The notes beneath the pieces were generated by a model, which saw only the letters and a program-made list of their open reading frames with translations, searched no databases and was not told the DNA's origin. A DNA stretch of 64,000 bases from Paramecium tetraurelia (taxonomy: Eukaryota): contig CT868474.1 in assembly GCA_000165425.1 (NCBI GenBank), positions 124,001-188,000 of the forward strand, in the 5' to 3' direction. The translations under genes and the position numbers were made by a program. How positions within the stretch are numbered: the first letter of the stretch is position 1; each line of letters opens with the position of its first letter. Positions 29,221-49,175 of this stretch are shown here, one piece after another.

Positions 29221-30118
29221 TCAATGCTTTATTTCCTTTTTTGTACTCAGGAGGGTATTACGAAGATGAATACCAGAGAATGTCTTTAAATAACAAGTTT
29301 AAATCATTCTTTTGGAGAAGTTTCGTTGAGTCAATACTTGGATTTCTTGCTTGATATTCTAATTTGATTGTCCTCTTCTGGGACTACTGTGTTTGGATGA
29401 ATAGTCAAATGTTTCTAAATTCGGGGCAGAGGCTCTGAGTGATATGGGTTTCAATATCAATTGGGTTGAGTCTGTTTTGAGATGTTGGTTTGCTTGTTTT
29501 TAAGGGGATTGTTCCCAAAGATATGGTTTCAAATTTATAGAGGGCGTGCTAATTAATTTATAATTTGAGTTTAATCTCTTTGAAATCGGACTTTCGATCT
29601 TGGGTCTGATTTTGTGAGGACTCATATCAATAGAGAGGAGAGTTGTAGTAGACTTTAATGATTTTGTTGAGATTGTGAGTAAAGATTATTATTATGGTTG
29701 TAAATTTGAACTGGACCAGAATTCTTTAATGGATTTTTCTGATTTCGGTAATATATTATGAAATTTATTCATTTTATTTGATCTTTTTCCACATTCATTA
29801 CAATGACAGCTAAGTCTCCGTTACTGGGATTCCTTGAATTCGTACATCTTATTCCTCGACACTCGTTACTTTTGGGATTTCTTATCCCTCTAAACGAGTT
29901 TGTCTATCAGCATCGTTCGATGATGAAAGAGCAATCTTCGTGATTTCTCTTGGCCGTCTGTTTTTAAGACTGTAGCTTAAGAGAGTCGAGTTTTTGGCAC
30001 TTATGCAAATTCGTAATAATACGACGCATTTAAGCTACGAGCTTTGAAATCTATTTCACATCATACCTCTTAATCTTCCCTCAATGGAACAACTCTAACT
30101 AAAGGCTTTAGATTTCAT
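29221..30118 (-). CDS. Hypothetical basic protein with a CxCxxC motif
   Basis: MKSKAFSQSCSIEGRLR, one 25-nt intron, RRLSCHCNECGK, continuous frame to TGA at 29221. Confidence 0.65.
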
Positions 30119-30158
30119 CTACAAATCAAATATTATTATTTTTTATTATCTCAATTTT

Positions 30159-30774
30159 ATGGATATTATATACAAGAATAAAGCCATCAATTCTCATGTT
30201 AAATCATCAAGTAACTCAAACATGATGGCAAGTCCTTTTTCAACTAATACGCCATTAACTTGTAGGTCAATTATTTAATTGGTTCCTTTAATCAAATCAT
30301 CTGTTAAGAAATAAGAAATGAATAAATTTATTTTAAAGGAAAGAAGAGAATATGAAAAGAGAAAGCAAATAGTAGAATCAGGATAGTTAACTTAGAGAGG
30401 CATGACCAAGTATCTCAAACCGAATAGTAATTCAATATATCATTAAAGGGTTGAAATGGTAAAAAAATGAACTTAAACTTTGTGATACAATAATTGAAAC
30501 AAAATTGAAAATTGCTGATTTGATATTAAATAGTAAAGGAGGACAATCTCGGAAGGATATCTTAATCGAAAAAATCTAGACTCAGATCGAAAGCCCTAGA
30601 CAAATCATTAGCACAAGAACTATTAAGAGTGAACATAATGTTCAACAGTTCATGGATAGAATAAAGTTTTAGACTATCCCCTTTAAATTAAGATCAGATC
30701 ACAAATCTCCCTCGAAAATTAATCAATCTCAAAAAATCATCTAGAATTTCACCACTACATATTAAACAGAATGA
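30159..30774 (+). CDS. Hypothetical basic protein
   Basis: MDIIYKNKAINSHVK... code-6 frame, divergent from the previous gene; 3' structure approximate. Confidence 0.5.
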
Positions 30775-30797
30775 TTTTATTATACAATAATTTGATA

Positions 30798-31972
30798 TCA
30801 TTATTTAAATTGCTTCAACTTAGCAATTTATTTTTCATTATTTTTTGTAACTGTGCATCCACACTCCTTGCAATACATTATGAGTTTTTTAATATCCAAT
30901 TTCAAATGTTTTGCTAATGGAATTATGTCAAATTAAAATTTGTGTATGAATAAATGCAATACTATGATGTAACATATATACTTATCCTTCAGAAAGTTTG
31001 ATCTGCTAAAATTAAATACATTCTCTCCTTGTCCAGGCGTTGCTTAATAGAATTTCTCCAAAATCGGAGTCACCAATTTATGATTATAAATACCAAGTTC
31101 ATGAGCAATATTTTAAGCATTTTTATTTTAGAACACTTATTTGAATTAGAACTTAAATAAAATATTTAAATATTCTAAGTATTTCAAGATCGTTAATTTC
31201 GTTTTGTTATCAAATATTAATCCCTAAGCTATCTATATGACTTAAGGATGATAGTGATGTAAGGTATCTTCCCTTTTTGTGCTAACAAATACCTATAATT
31301 TTGAAGTGTCCAATAATTCCATGTCTTCTTCCGATACGATTGACCTTACATTGTATATTTAGAAAACTGGGACATTGCCCTTAACGAATTCAGGAAGCAA
31401 CTCTTCTTTAATCGCAGCCTCCTCCATCTGATGGATTTCTTTCTCTACTTCCAACTGCTCCTAAATTTCCTACTATTTCTGATTAAACTTTTCTTTTATT
31501 GACTCTGCTTAAACAATGTTCTCCTCCTCGACCTTGTTTGTTTCCATCTACCTCATTTTTCTTCTACTTTTATTAGTACCCATCTCTTCAGCCACCATTT
31601 TCCTTTGTTCAAAATAAGTTAATCCGTCTTCAAGTGCTGAATTTCTAGATTATAATTGCTTATTTTATTTGTGTATTTATTATTAAAGAGTAGCTTGTAG
31701 TAATACAGGATGTAATGAGATTGTGTTGCCTTAGTGTACACCTGTGTTTATGTTTTATTATTACCAACAAAATTATTAGATGATATATGGTTTTGTCTTC
31801 CAATCCAAGTCATTTGATCATTGGATAATTTAATTACTTTTCTAGTTTAAGGTTCACTTACATCTTCACCATTCTTTGTGAGAATCTAAATATTAGAATA
31901 GTTTGGGAACCCTTATGGACACCCTATAACCACTGGGTTTGGCTCTTCTGTAAAATTTAATGAGACTTCCAT
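30798..31972 (-). CDS. RPA49: RNA polymerase I subunit A49/PAF53-like protein
   Basis: YFEQRKMVAEEMGTNKSRRKM (cf. A49 EAFGT.K.KRA), LLPEF...IYNVRSIVSEED, and C-terminal LAKHLKLDI...YCKECGCTV...AKL winged-helix-like pattern. Confidence 0.7.
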
Positions 31973-32123
31973 AAATATTTATAATTAAAATGAGATTAAA
32001 TTTCAAGCCTTTTATTTTTTTATCACTCAAAAATTTTATATGTTTTTATTTTTGTAATTAAATTTATTACTAAATACGTAGAGTAAGGGCATCAATTAAA
32101 ATTTTACTTATAAGAAAACAATA

Positions 32124-35100
32124 TCAATTTTTATCAATTTCTTAGGGATTCTGTTTTAACATCTTTTCTACTTAAAAATCCTGAATCTAAGAATTATTGT
32201 TCTCCTGAATTTTTTATTCCTTTTAACCTTCATCTGGATTTCTTGATTATTTCAGGCCTTCATCTGGTATTTTATTTTACTCATTTCCATCACCTTTATT
32301 TAAATCTTCTAATTCCTTATTATTCAATTGACTTTGTCTTAAAGAATCATTATTATCACTATGTTGAGATCTTTATTTGGTCAAAGCAATATCTTTTTAT
32401 TCTTATTAGTTTAAATTATGATTCTAAGATGGTTCAACTTCTGTAACTTCTTATTTCTAGAGCTTTTCATTACTTTATTGTTTGCTGTTATTTTAAGAAG
32501 AGGCCATTTAATTTGTGATCTAATTATTTTATTCATTCTTTTTATTTTTATTTAATAATTGCAGAAATTCTTCATCAAATTTTTGATTATCATTTAAGTT
32601 TTAACTTTTGATATTCTTATTCTAATTGCTATCTTCCTAATTACTTCCAATTATTTATAGTGATTTTTGGGTTTGGTATTTTTTATTTTTTGTTATATTT
32701 TAATCAGATATTTATTGATGTTAATTTTACTTATCATCATCATTAATTTAACTTTTTTCTTTTTCTTTATTTTTATATTTATCTTTATCAAATATAATTT
32801 AATAGGCTCCGCTTTATTACAAACTCTTTGGTTAAAACTTGAATCCTGTTTAAGTAAGTTTTATTTAATTTGATTAATTGTCTTAGAATTATGTCTTAGC
32901 CAAGTTATCTTTTTTCTCAACTTTATTGTCAGATTAAATTTCATGAATTAATTATGATTTTCCAAGATCTTCATTAGATTTTAGATTTAATTGTTGATTA
33001 GATAATTTATCTTTAAATTGCTCTTCCTAATTATTTCCTAATTTTTCATTTTACGATTTATTTGATTACTTTTATTAATCATTTATTTCTTCGTTTTAAG
33101 CTAATTAATCCACAGATTAATGATCACTTTATTATTTTACCAAATCATGAGGTTTAACATAAATACTCTTCACAATTGAAATAACTTCAGATTATTCATC
33201 AAGGCTTTTATTTAAATTCTATTTCTAAGAAGCTAAATTTTTTGAGTTTTATTAATCCTTACTTTAACTTAAATTTGATTGATTTAATTACTACTTATCC
33301 TATTAGATTTTTATTTATTATTAATTTTTTTAAGATTTTTAAGAAATTTGTGAATTTTCCAATTTTTCATCAGTCTACTTAATATCTGGTTATTTATGAG
33401 AACTTTCTTCCTTAGGTATCTCAATATTCGTGTTGTCTTTTTATTGATTCATTTTACCTTCTTCTTATTAATCTTAATGATCAATCTATTTGGCTTAAGA
33501 TTCTAATTTCTAATTTTAATGATTTAACTTATCTTCCTGATGCACTTAATCTTTTTTATCCTAGTTTTATTGTTGATTTTATTACTGTTTTTTATCTTCT
33601 TCATTTTGATTTTAATGTTAATTTTATGGAAGTGCTTAGATTTTTTCTTTTGAATTCTTATTTTAATTTTATTTATTTATTTTATCCTCTTCTTTTGGAT
33701 TTTATTGAGGACCTTCGTTTTATTTATTATTATGTTATTTTTCCTATTTTTATGCATTATCTGGATAAAATTCAGGATTTGGATTAATTTAGAGAATATT
33801 CTTTGATGAATTTTGTTTTTATGATAATTTATTTATCTATTATTTATTTTACGTATTTGAACTATTTTTGGTCAATTATTTCGTTTATTCTGACAAAAAT
33901 TCATTTGAAAATTCATAATCCCCTTGATTTGAATTAGCTTATAACTATTATGGTTTACTAGATTACTCATTGTTATTTTACCTCATTTCTATAGTTTTTT
34001 GATCAAATTACTTAGGTTGATCATGATTATTAATATCATTTTAATTTGTATTTTTAATTTAAATTGGTCTTTTTTTTACTTTTGGAGTTTTCTATGCATT
34101 GACTTACTTTTTCTAACTCATTTATTAATCCTAAAAAGAGCTTTTGCTTAATAAGATTTCTGGATCGCCATCTTCGAAATCACTTAATGAATATCGATTT
34201 GAACTTATCTATTATATAGATTAATTTCCTTCTTGTTTATTTTAATGTTATATAATCATCGCATTTTGATTTGTCTTTTATAATTAATGTGCACTATTAG
34301 TTGGTGATCTCTATTATTTTTTTTGAGTTTCCACTAAATATGTTTATTACTTATTATTTTAAGGAGTGACATGACGTTTATTTTTGAGGTCTGTATGGTT
34401 TTGTGTTTGATTTTATTAAGAGGATTCATAAATAATATTGGATTAATCACTGTTTTGTTGTGTTTAATTACTACTAATTTATTTATTGGTATTTTCTTTT
34501 TAGATTAATTCGTCTTCCTTTTGATTGCCATAGCAAAATGATATTACTTGGGATTGTACTCTGTTTTTTCTATTTTAAGGCAGTATTTTATCAAGCTTTT
34601 ATTTTTGAGAGGACTAAACAATATTAGGAAATCTTGTTGGTCTTTTTTCAGTGCCATCACTTTCTTCTGTAAACTCAGTTTTAATTTTGGTTGTTTTTTT
34701 ATTAATGTAATGTTATTCTACTATTTGAGAATTTGCTCTCATCTATTTATTAGGGGTTTGGGTTTTTTTATTGACTTTATTGACATATTGTTGCTTGCTT
34801 TTTAATTAAGATTGAATATATGAGTGATCAGTTTATTATTCTTGTGTAATTTTAAATTTTGCCATTTGTCTGACTGGCTATGATTGGTAAATTTCGCTAG
34901 GAGGATTTTCATATTATGATACAATGTATTATACATTTTCAACAGCGAACATTATTTAGTCGAGGAATTGTAATAATTGCTCTCTGGTGACTGGCTTTTA
35001 GAGGTTGCTGTTAGTGGAATCTAATTTTGGTAACGAAACACCACCTTCTCTCTTATTTTTGGGTGTATTCTATAATCTGGTGTGCATATGTGGAGACATT

Positions 35101-35446
35101 GATTTGTCAGGATATTGATTTTGAGTGTAAACTCGATTAAGTTGATTTTGTCTCATACTTGGTCGTTGATGCAGTTGCTTCATAAAATTTATAATTTATA
35201 TTTACTATGCTTTAATTTAATGATAAAACTGAAGAGTTGTTTGGCTGTCGATTGCTCTCCGTATGAAATCTTGAAGTTCCTTTGTCCTTCTGCTTTTTGA
35301 GCACATTTTGATAGTAATCCTTCAAGTACTTGTCTCTTTTCGAATCATATTATTTCACACCGCCTTGATGAGCCATCTATATTCCATCAAGTAAAAATGC
35401 CGGACGTCTACACTGTTATTCTATAAGTGTACTTTTAAGGATTCAT
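32124..35446 (-). CDS. Very long Q/N/E/K-rich low-complexity coiled-coil protein
   Basis: ATG at 35446, 25-nt intron, RPAFLLDGIQ...YDSKRDKYLKDYY, then about 3 kb of TAA/CAA/GAA/AAT-rich frame; probable TGA at 32124. Confidence 0.7.
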
Positions 35447-35596
35447 CTAGAAATTATAAAAAATTAAAAAATTTAAGCAATTTACTTAACAAATAATAAA
35501 ATGAATTAAAATTTTTTCGACAGTGCTAACCTAAAATAAGTATAGCTATATTATCTACTCTATTTAAGCAACTCTACAAGGCATTATCAAAATACA

Positions 35597-38500
35597 ATGG
35601 ACCGACCACCTCGACTCCGAGTATATTGTCAGAATATTTATCTTCTGCAAAAACATAAACATCAAATAATAAATACAACTCTAATAAAGTGAAACCTTTA
35701 CTCAGTCCATAAAATATTAATAAGCCTATTTAAAATGAATCCCTGAGAATCAAGACTTCTACACTTCACTTCCCCCAGAAGCAAATGGTTTCCCATCACA
35801 TCAAAAGTCTATCTTCCGACATCAAACAGTAACCACAACCTCCAATAAGAAGGAGAGGCAGATAAGAAAAAATGATATTTTAATCTGATTCTTCGTAAGC
35901 TCCATTCCTGATCATCTAAAATAAAGTCAGAGATACAAGAAGACTGGATACTTTCAGAAAGAGTACTTTGCCTTCGTTGCAATTAGAATCTCAAAGAAGT
36001 ATCTAAAACACATCTCATCGAATTACAGATGTTCCTTTGGTCCCTATTCAACAAGTAACAGAAATTTAAGATTCAAAAAGCCAACTTTTTCATGAGCCAG
36101 AAAAAATATGTCTTGATTAAGGAAACGCTTTAATTGAAAATCAATTTTTAGATGAAAACTAAAAAGCCTCTGAATTATTCAATTTATTAAAGAGAAAGGT
36201 GAGTATTACTGAGCCAAATGACTTAATTGGCCCTCACGATCCTACTGAATAACATGAAGAGATCTTAAAGACTGACAAAGAGGTTACTTGGGATGAGGAT
36301 GAATTACAATCATCGAATGCGATGAAAAAACTGAGTGTCAAAATGAAATTCAAAAATGTAGTCTCGTAATAAGTGCAGAATATGTTTAAAAATAGAGAAG
36401 TACTATATATTTATATTAAACTAGTTAAAATCATTATTTACAGTCATAATTTCACCTGAATTCAGTTCAAAACATGAGGAGGAAAGACAAAAAATCAGTG
36501 ATTAATTTGAATTAGGAAATTTTATATTAGCAAAGAATTTGTAACCAACCAAAGATAACTGTAAGTCTAGAAAAACGATTAAATGTATTAAGGAAAAATA
36601 TAATTTGAAATACAGCCATAAAATTAATACTATTGTTTAAAGTCAATTACAAAAACTACATACTACAAATAAAGCATTTTAAAGAAAAATTTAAATGATT
36701 AAATCCACTTAATGGACGACTAAAGAGTGTGATTAACCATAATAATAATAGTTTTCTTTATTGAACAAATTTAAAAAACAATCTGTATTCTCAAATCAAA
36801 TTGGATTAGGTCCAGTATTATACAGTAATTAAGACAACATTTTACCTAATTTAATGGATGATACTAATAAAATCACTATCACAATTACTAATACTCTGTT
36901 ATAAGATGCACTTCTGGAATTCAATAAACCTAGATTCATTGTTCATATGGATAGTATCATAGATGAATAAGTAATTCAACCAATCTCACCTTCTAAAAAA
37001 GCCATCTAGCATTCCTCCTCCTTACACTCATCCTTCAAATTGTAAAAAGTATAAAATTCAGCATCTTAATCTGTTATTATCAATAAAGATCTTATATCTA
37101 ATCATAATGCATATAATAGTATTTAAAATACAAATGCTATTGATGAAAACAGCAATTTAGATTTTAATTAAGAATATTCTAAAGTAAGAATGAAAAATAT
37201 TATAATTAGTCAAATTTATATGTGAGACTATATTATCAAAATAGATTGCATAAAATGCCTTAAAAGATTTCTTATACTTAACATCATTTAAAGGAGATTG
37301 AAGATGTGTTCTACTAATACTCCTCTATGATAACTGGTTCTTAAATGTAAGTGTTTTTCATTAGAATTAGTTCTTTCTAAGCAAGTCAGCAGTTCACAAG
37401 ATATTCTAAATGCATCGAAATATTTAATTTGTTTTAAGAAGTGCAAATAGTTCTTGAGAGATATGATGTTCTCTAAATTAGAAGGTAGTTCTCTTTCGAC
37501 TTCGATAATTCAATTAGTCTACTATCTAGTTAATCAGATTAGAGTGCTTCATTTGATAAAATTTTAGAAGAGCCCAATCAAAGTAAATTATTTAATAAAA
37601 CTAGATTAGGACTGTAAGTAGATGATAGACATGAGAGCAAAATGTAAAACATTATTCAATCAATGAAAAATCTGAGTGAAGAATCTTAATCATTAATCTT
37701 CCTTGAAGATGTCTTCAAGAATCAAAAATGTAAGTTATCTATTCAAATTTAGAAATCTCAACTGGATTGTTAAATACTATTAAGAAGGTGAAGAACAAAT
37801 TCCACGCTCCAATTAATATATAGGCTATTCTGAGTGTTTTAGAATAAAGTACTAAGAATGATCTATTAACATTTCATATGATGGAATAATCTGAAGAGCA
37901 GATTCAAAAACTAATTCATGGAGATTTTGATACTAATGCATTAAAGAATTTAGACTATTTCTATAAGTAATCAGCCCTACGCAAAATGATCTACAATGGC
38001 TACGAATTGAGATATGAAAAGATACTCATTGGTAGATACTAGAGTTAGTAAAGAATGATTGATGTAGAGCATTCCGATCTTGTTTAATCATCTATTCTGG
38101 AAGCACCCTAACAGCACATTTCTTCATCCTAACAATCTCAACAATCTCAATAATCTTAAGAACTCTTACTCCTTCAAAAATAAAAACTAATCAGTCTAAA
38201 ACAGTAAGGTCGAAGCAGAAATTTATAGAGGGATAGTTTGACTGTCATCATTAAACCAAAAATCAATTCCAGACAGACTTCGAATTCACCAGATATCACA
38301 AATGTCCATAGCAAACCAACATCACAGTATACAAATCAATTAACTAATAACATTTTCACTCAAGCTTCAACCTAATATCTCACAAAGCCAACCAATCAAT
38401 CACAACAATCAGTCAAAGTCTCAAGTGTATAAAATCTAGAAGAAAATCTGTCACATTTAGAAATGAGTCCATAATCATCCTTAAAATCGATTAAATCTAA

Positions 38501-39182
38501 ATCAGCAATAGATTCTTCCAATATTATATTCTAAACAAATACTCAGAACATTAGAAAAAGCTAAAATATTAAGGATTTTGATAAAATTGCCAAAGACAAA
38601 GACAAAATTAGCCAACCTAAAGAATAAATCGAAATAAAAGAAGAGATAATACCTTCAAATAGATAAAAGCCATCCAATGTTTCATTGTTTTAATAACCAA
38701 TTTTAGAAAATAAAGTATTCTATCATTTAATTTAGACTTTGAGTATGTTTTCCTATTCTTTGCGTATGAGAAACCAAGCTCTTGGTCACAGTAGGAGACA
38801 GAACCTCGATTAATATAAAATATTAGAATAACTAATTTATGACAATGATATCCAAGAGGTAATCTTCATACTCAGAATAGTTTTTGGAACATATTTAATA
38901 AGTGCCTTCAATGTACCTAGACAAAAGATTAGAGAATAATGACACGTTATTGACTTTGGCCTCTAAAAGTGGGTGTAAAGACATAGTCAAAGAACTGATT
39001 AAGAAGGGAGCAGATATTAACATTTAAAATGTATTTTTTTACTTAAGCAGGATGATGGAAATACTGCTGTCCATTTAGCTCTTTCGTATGGCCATTATAA
39101 AATTGCAGACATACTTATTGGAGCTGGGGCCAACACTAATATTCTAAATAAAATTGGTAAAAATGCTTGGAGTATATTATGA
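35597..39182 (+). CDS. Large protein with C-terminal ankyrin repeats
   Basis: DTLLTLASKSGCKDIVKELIKKGADINIQN, DGNTAVHLALSYGHYKIADILIGAGANTNILN; TGA at 39180-39182. Internal structure approximate and could be two genes. Confidence 0.75.
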
Positions 39183-39201
39183 TGATGAATAATCTCTACT
39201 A

Positions 39202-40018
39202 TCAAATTCGTTTTATCTACTAACTTTAAGTATGCAAAAAATCTTTATAGGCGAATTGGTTTGTCTCCTCTGACTTCTGAATTGCAAACATTGAGTGTGA
39301 ATGTATAATCTGAACCACTTATCGAAGGTCGTGGAGATTATGAACTCTCCTCTTTTAGAATTAGTAATCCTTGTATTTATTTTTTGAGTAATTCAACTTC
39401 TTAATGTAAAGAATTGATTTTGTCATCTCTTTGTCTGTTCTCTTAAACTATTTAGTCAACCTTCTTTTGGAGTTATTCTTTCTCATTCAGAGTTTAGGTG
39501 TATAGCTTTTTGTAGTCCTGTCTATTTTCATACAAATATTCATGATTTTCATCATCTTCTGTCAATAGATTCTTATACTTTTATGTCATATTGTTTCTAC
39601 TCTCTTGTTTGTTTTATAAATTTATGATTTTGTGCTCTAACTAATTCAAACCCATCTTTGCCTCATTTATCATGATCCCAAACTTTTTTCTGTCATTCTC
39701 ATCCTGAACTGTCCTAAGCATTGGCGATGTACTTTTTCGAGCCTATTAATCACGTTGAGCATCTAAGAATTTAAGTAGTCCATTTATATTGTCAAATCCT
39801 TATTATTTAAAAAGGGAATATAACTAATTTATAGTCTTCTCATCAGGCTTTGTCTTTTGATTCGACTCAGCATACGATGAATTGGATGAATAAACAGCTG
39901 ACTATCTTTTAGATGAACCTTAAGATATTATACTACTTGTACATGAAGATATATAGGGACTATTACATCTAGTTTTGTTTGTTTTATTCAATATGTCTTG
40001 GAAAGGGACAGAATTCAT
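39202..40018 (-). CDS. Hypothetical coiled-coil protein, 3' end ambiguous
   Basis: MNSVPFQDILNK... with heptad-rich C-terminal half; nearest plausible TGA at 39202 is out of frame (see findings). Confidence 0.6.
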
Positions 40019-40483
40019 GTTAACTGATAAATTAATAATAATTTATAAGCAATTTAGTATTATTATTCTTATATAGAATAAACAATAATGAGTTTTAATG
40101 AATTTTGTTTATCTAATTTACCCATCTTTGAAGAAAAGGTTAAGACAAAAATTAGGCATCTCATAAATTGGCTAACCAAACCTAAATAAATTATTTGTCT
40201 AACATTATTATTAATTAAATTTATAAATTACTTAATTATTCTCTATAATATAGGAATATTTTGAAATATAAAATTAACTGAATTATGATCCTTATCAAAA
40301 TCGAATATGTTCATGCAATTCTCTAGACAAAATTGATTTTTATTCGTTTTTTAACTTTTCTAATGAAAAAATCCTTCAAATTATTAAAAACTTAAAGGGA
40401 TAGAGAACAGATTTTGGTAGGATGATAAGAAAATAGTTCATTTTACGAATTCTCAATTAAAATTATTAATTTATTTAATTATT

Positions 40484-42432
<1,949 letters not shown>

Positions 42433-42511
42433 GTCCTTAAATAATATATATGATATTATATTTTAAATAAATAATAACTTTATTTATAAGAGTTTCCTTA
42501 AAATTTTAAAA

Positions 42512-47195
<4,684 letters not shown>

Positions 47196-47472
47196 TTATG
47201 GGATTTTTCAAATTTATCTAATTCCTTAATTTAATTAACAAAACTAAATTGATTCTACGTTGATATTGCACTGTTTTATTAATTATCCTTAAGTACAACA
47301 AAATTGAATATTAAACCAAATAAGATTAAAATCAAAAAAATCAACTAGTAGTAGTTTGGAAAAATATTAAATTATAGATTAATATAATAAAATTTAAGTG
47401 TCTATCCCAATAACGTCTCATCAGTATAAATAATATTTAATGACTATATTCAAAATATACAAATATCTAAAG

Positions 47473-49029
47473 TCAATTAGAATATAAGTTGACCTTGGTA
47501 ATTTTTGGACTTAACTATATTTGATTATAACAAATAAAAGAGCTTTTCAGGTGATTTTGTTATTAAATCCTAAATTTATTGATGCTTTGCTTAGGCTACT
47601 TGAGTATTGTTCTCTGACTACTTGATGTTTTTAATATGCTATGTCTTACGCCATCATCCTTTAGAGGAGGACTACCACATCTGTAAGTGATAAATGGGTT
47701 GATGGACATCTCTTCTGAATTTGCAAAATGACTCTTGCTTCCAAATTATCTATTTTGACCCTCGAGAACAGAAGGACTTTTCTATCGTAAATTCAAAGTT
47801 GAATCTTTTAATCCTCTATGAGATTTGAGGAAAATCTGGAATAACCCATTTGTTTATGGAGTAATCTATTAGTTATTTTATTTTCTTCTTTGTTACTCTA
47901 TGAGATTATCCATTTTCTATTATATCATTTGATTCCTGGTCTTATTATCAAAGTTCTTCCATTTTCTATTTTTACTAAATTTGGTTGAAACCTAATCTTA
48001 TTAAGTGTCTAATTCTTCATCTATTTCTGTTTTATTTTAGAAAAATCGTGGATATTTGAGATGAGTTGATTGTTCCTAACTTACTTTATAATTGGCATAA
48101 AAATTAATTTCATTTTTGTGTTTGTCAAGATCTTAAGAATATGATTCGAAGATTTTTTCAATCAGTGAATTTCTGTGTATTTTATAAATCCAACCTTTTG
48201 AAGATAAACAAATAATGGAATATTCATAGGGGATCTTATTATAGAGATGATAAAATCCAAAAACCTACATTTCTCCGATTTCAAATAACTACAATTTATA
48301 GGAAATTATTACAACTAATGGTTGGGACTTGTTCGTCTATTTTCTAACTTAAAATAAACCTTATTTGACAATCAGAAAACTATCCGACTTTTCACCTTCT
48401 TGGACGACTACTTGGTTTTTTTCATATTCGTACAAAAATGAGTTCAAATATATCGAGGTTAATTACGTTCGATTCAGTTAATTAAAAATTGAAATTTGAG
48501 AAAAGAAATCAATATTCTAAATTGTTTAAGATGCTTACTTGTTCTATCTTTTTAGTCTATTCATAATGTAATATCTTTTAAAATTATTATTTATCCAAAA
48601 TAGCAAAAGTACAGTCAGTGACACATCTTATAGTCGCCAATCGAGGTTGTTTATGAATAAGTGCTAATTCACCGAAGGATTCTCCTTTTTTGAGGATTCT
48701 AACAGATTCTAATTCATCAAATCCTCTCCTTCTTATTAACACTTCCACCTGTCCATCTAAAATAACATAAAATTTAGTTCCAATTGTATCTAATAGATGT
48801 AAATTTTAATACCTAAATGAAAGACAACTTCAGTTGATTAGAATTTTTCTATAAACATGTATTTGCAGCACTCACGATGAATAATTAATCCATTTTCTTG
48901 CCTCTAATACTACTTAAAAAATGGTAGTTCCTAGGTCAGTTAGACCAAGAGATCAATTTCGGCCTTGCATCTGTGTTGTGGTTACTTTCTAAGCAATTGC
49001 AAAGTGTCTGTAAGGTGTGAATCTAGCAT
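47473..49029 (-). CDS. Cyclic nucleotide-binding domain protein
   Basis: KFYVILDGQVEV...GESFGELALIHKQPRLATIRC is a canonical phosphate-binding cassette, followed by a degenerate second CNB domain. Confidence 0.88.
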
Positions 49030-49175
49030 TTTACGAAATTTAGTTTATTTAATAAATTAATTAAATCAAGTTATACTGCAAAGTTATTTTTCAAAGTATC
49101 TGTTTTAACTAAGAATATTCATTATTTTTGTATTAATATCTACATTGATTGTAATATATAAACGCATAATAATAA

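Noticed and set aside
32243..35300. Hydrophobic plus-strand ORFs in the supplied track (32243, 32667, 34548, 35115)
   Set aside because: Antisense shadows of the Q/N/K/E-rich minus-strand gene; A-rich codons read as Phe/Leu/Ile on the other strand.
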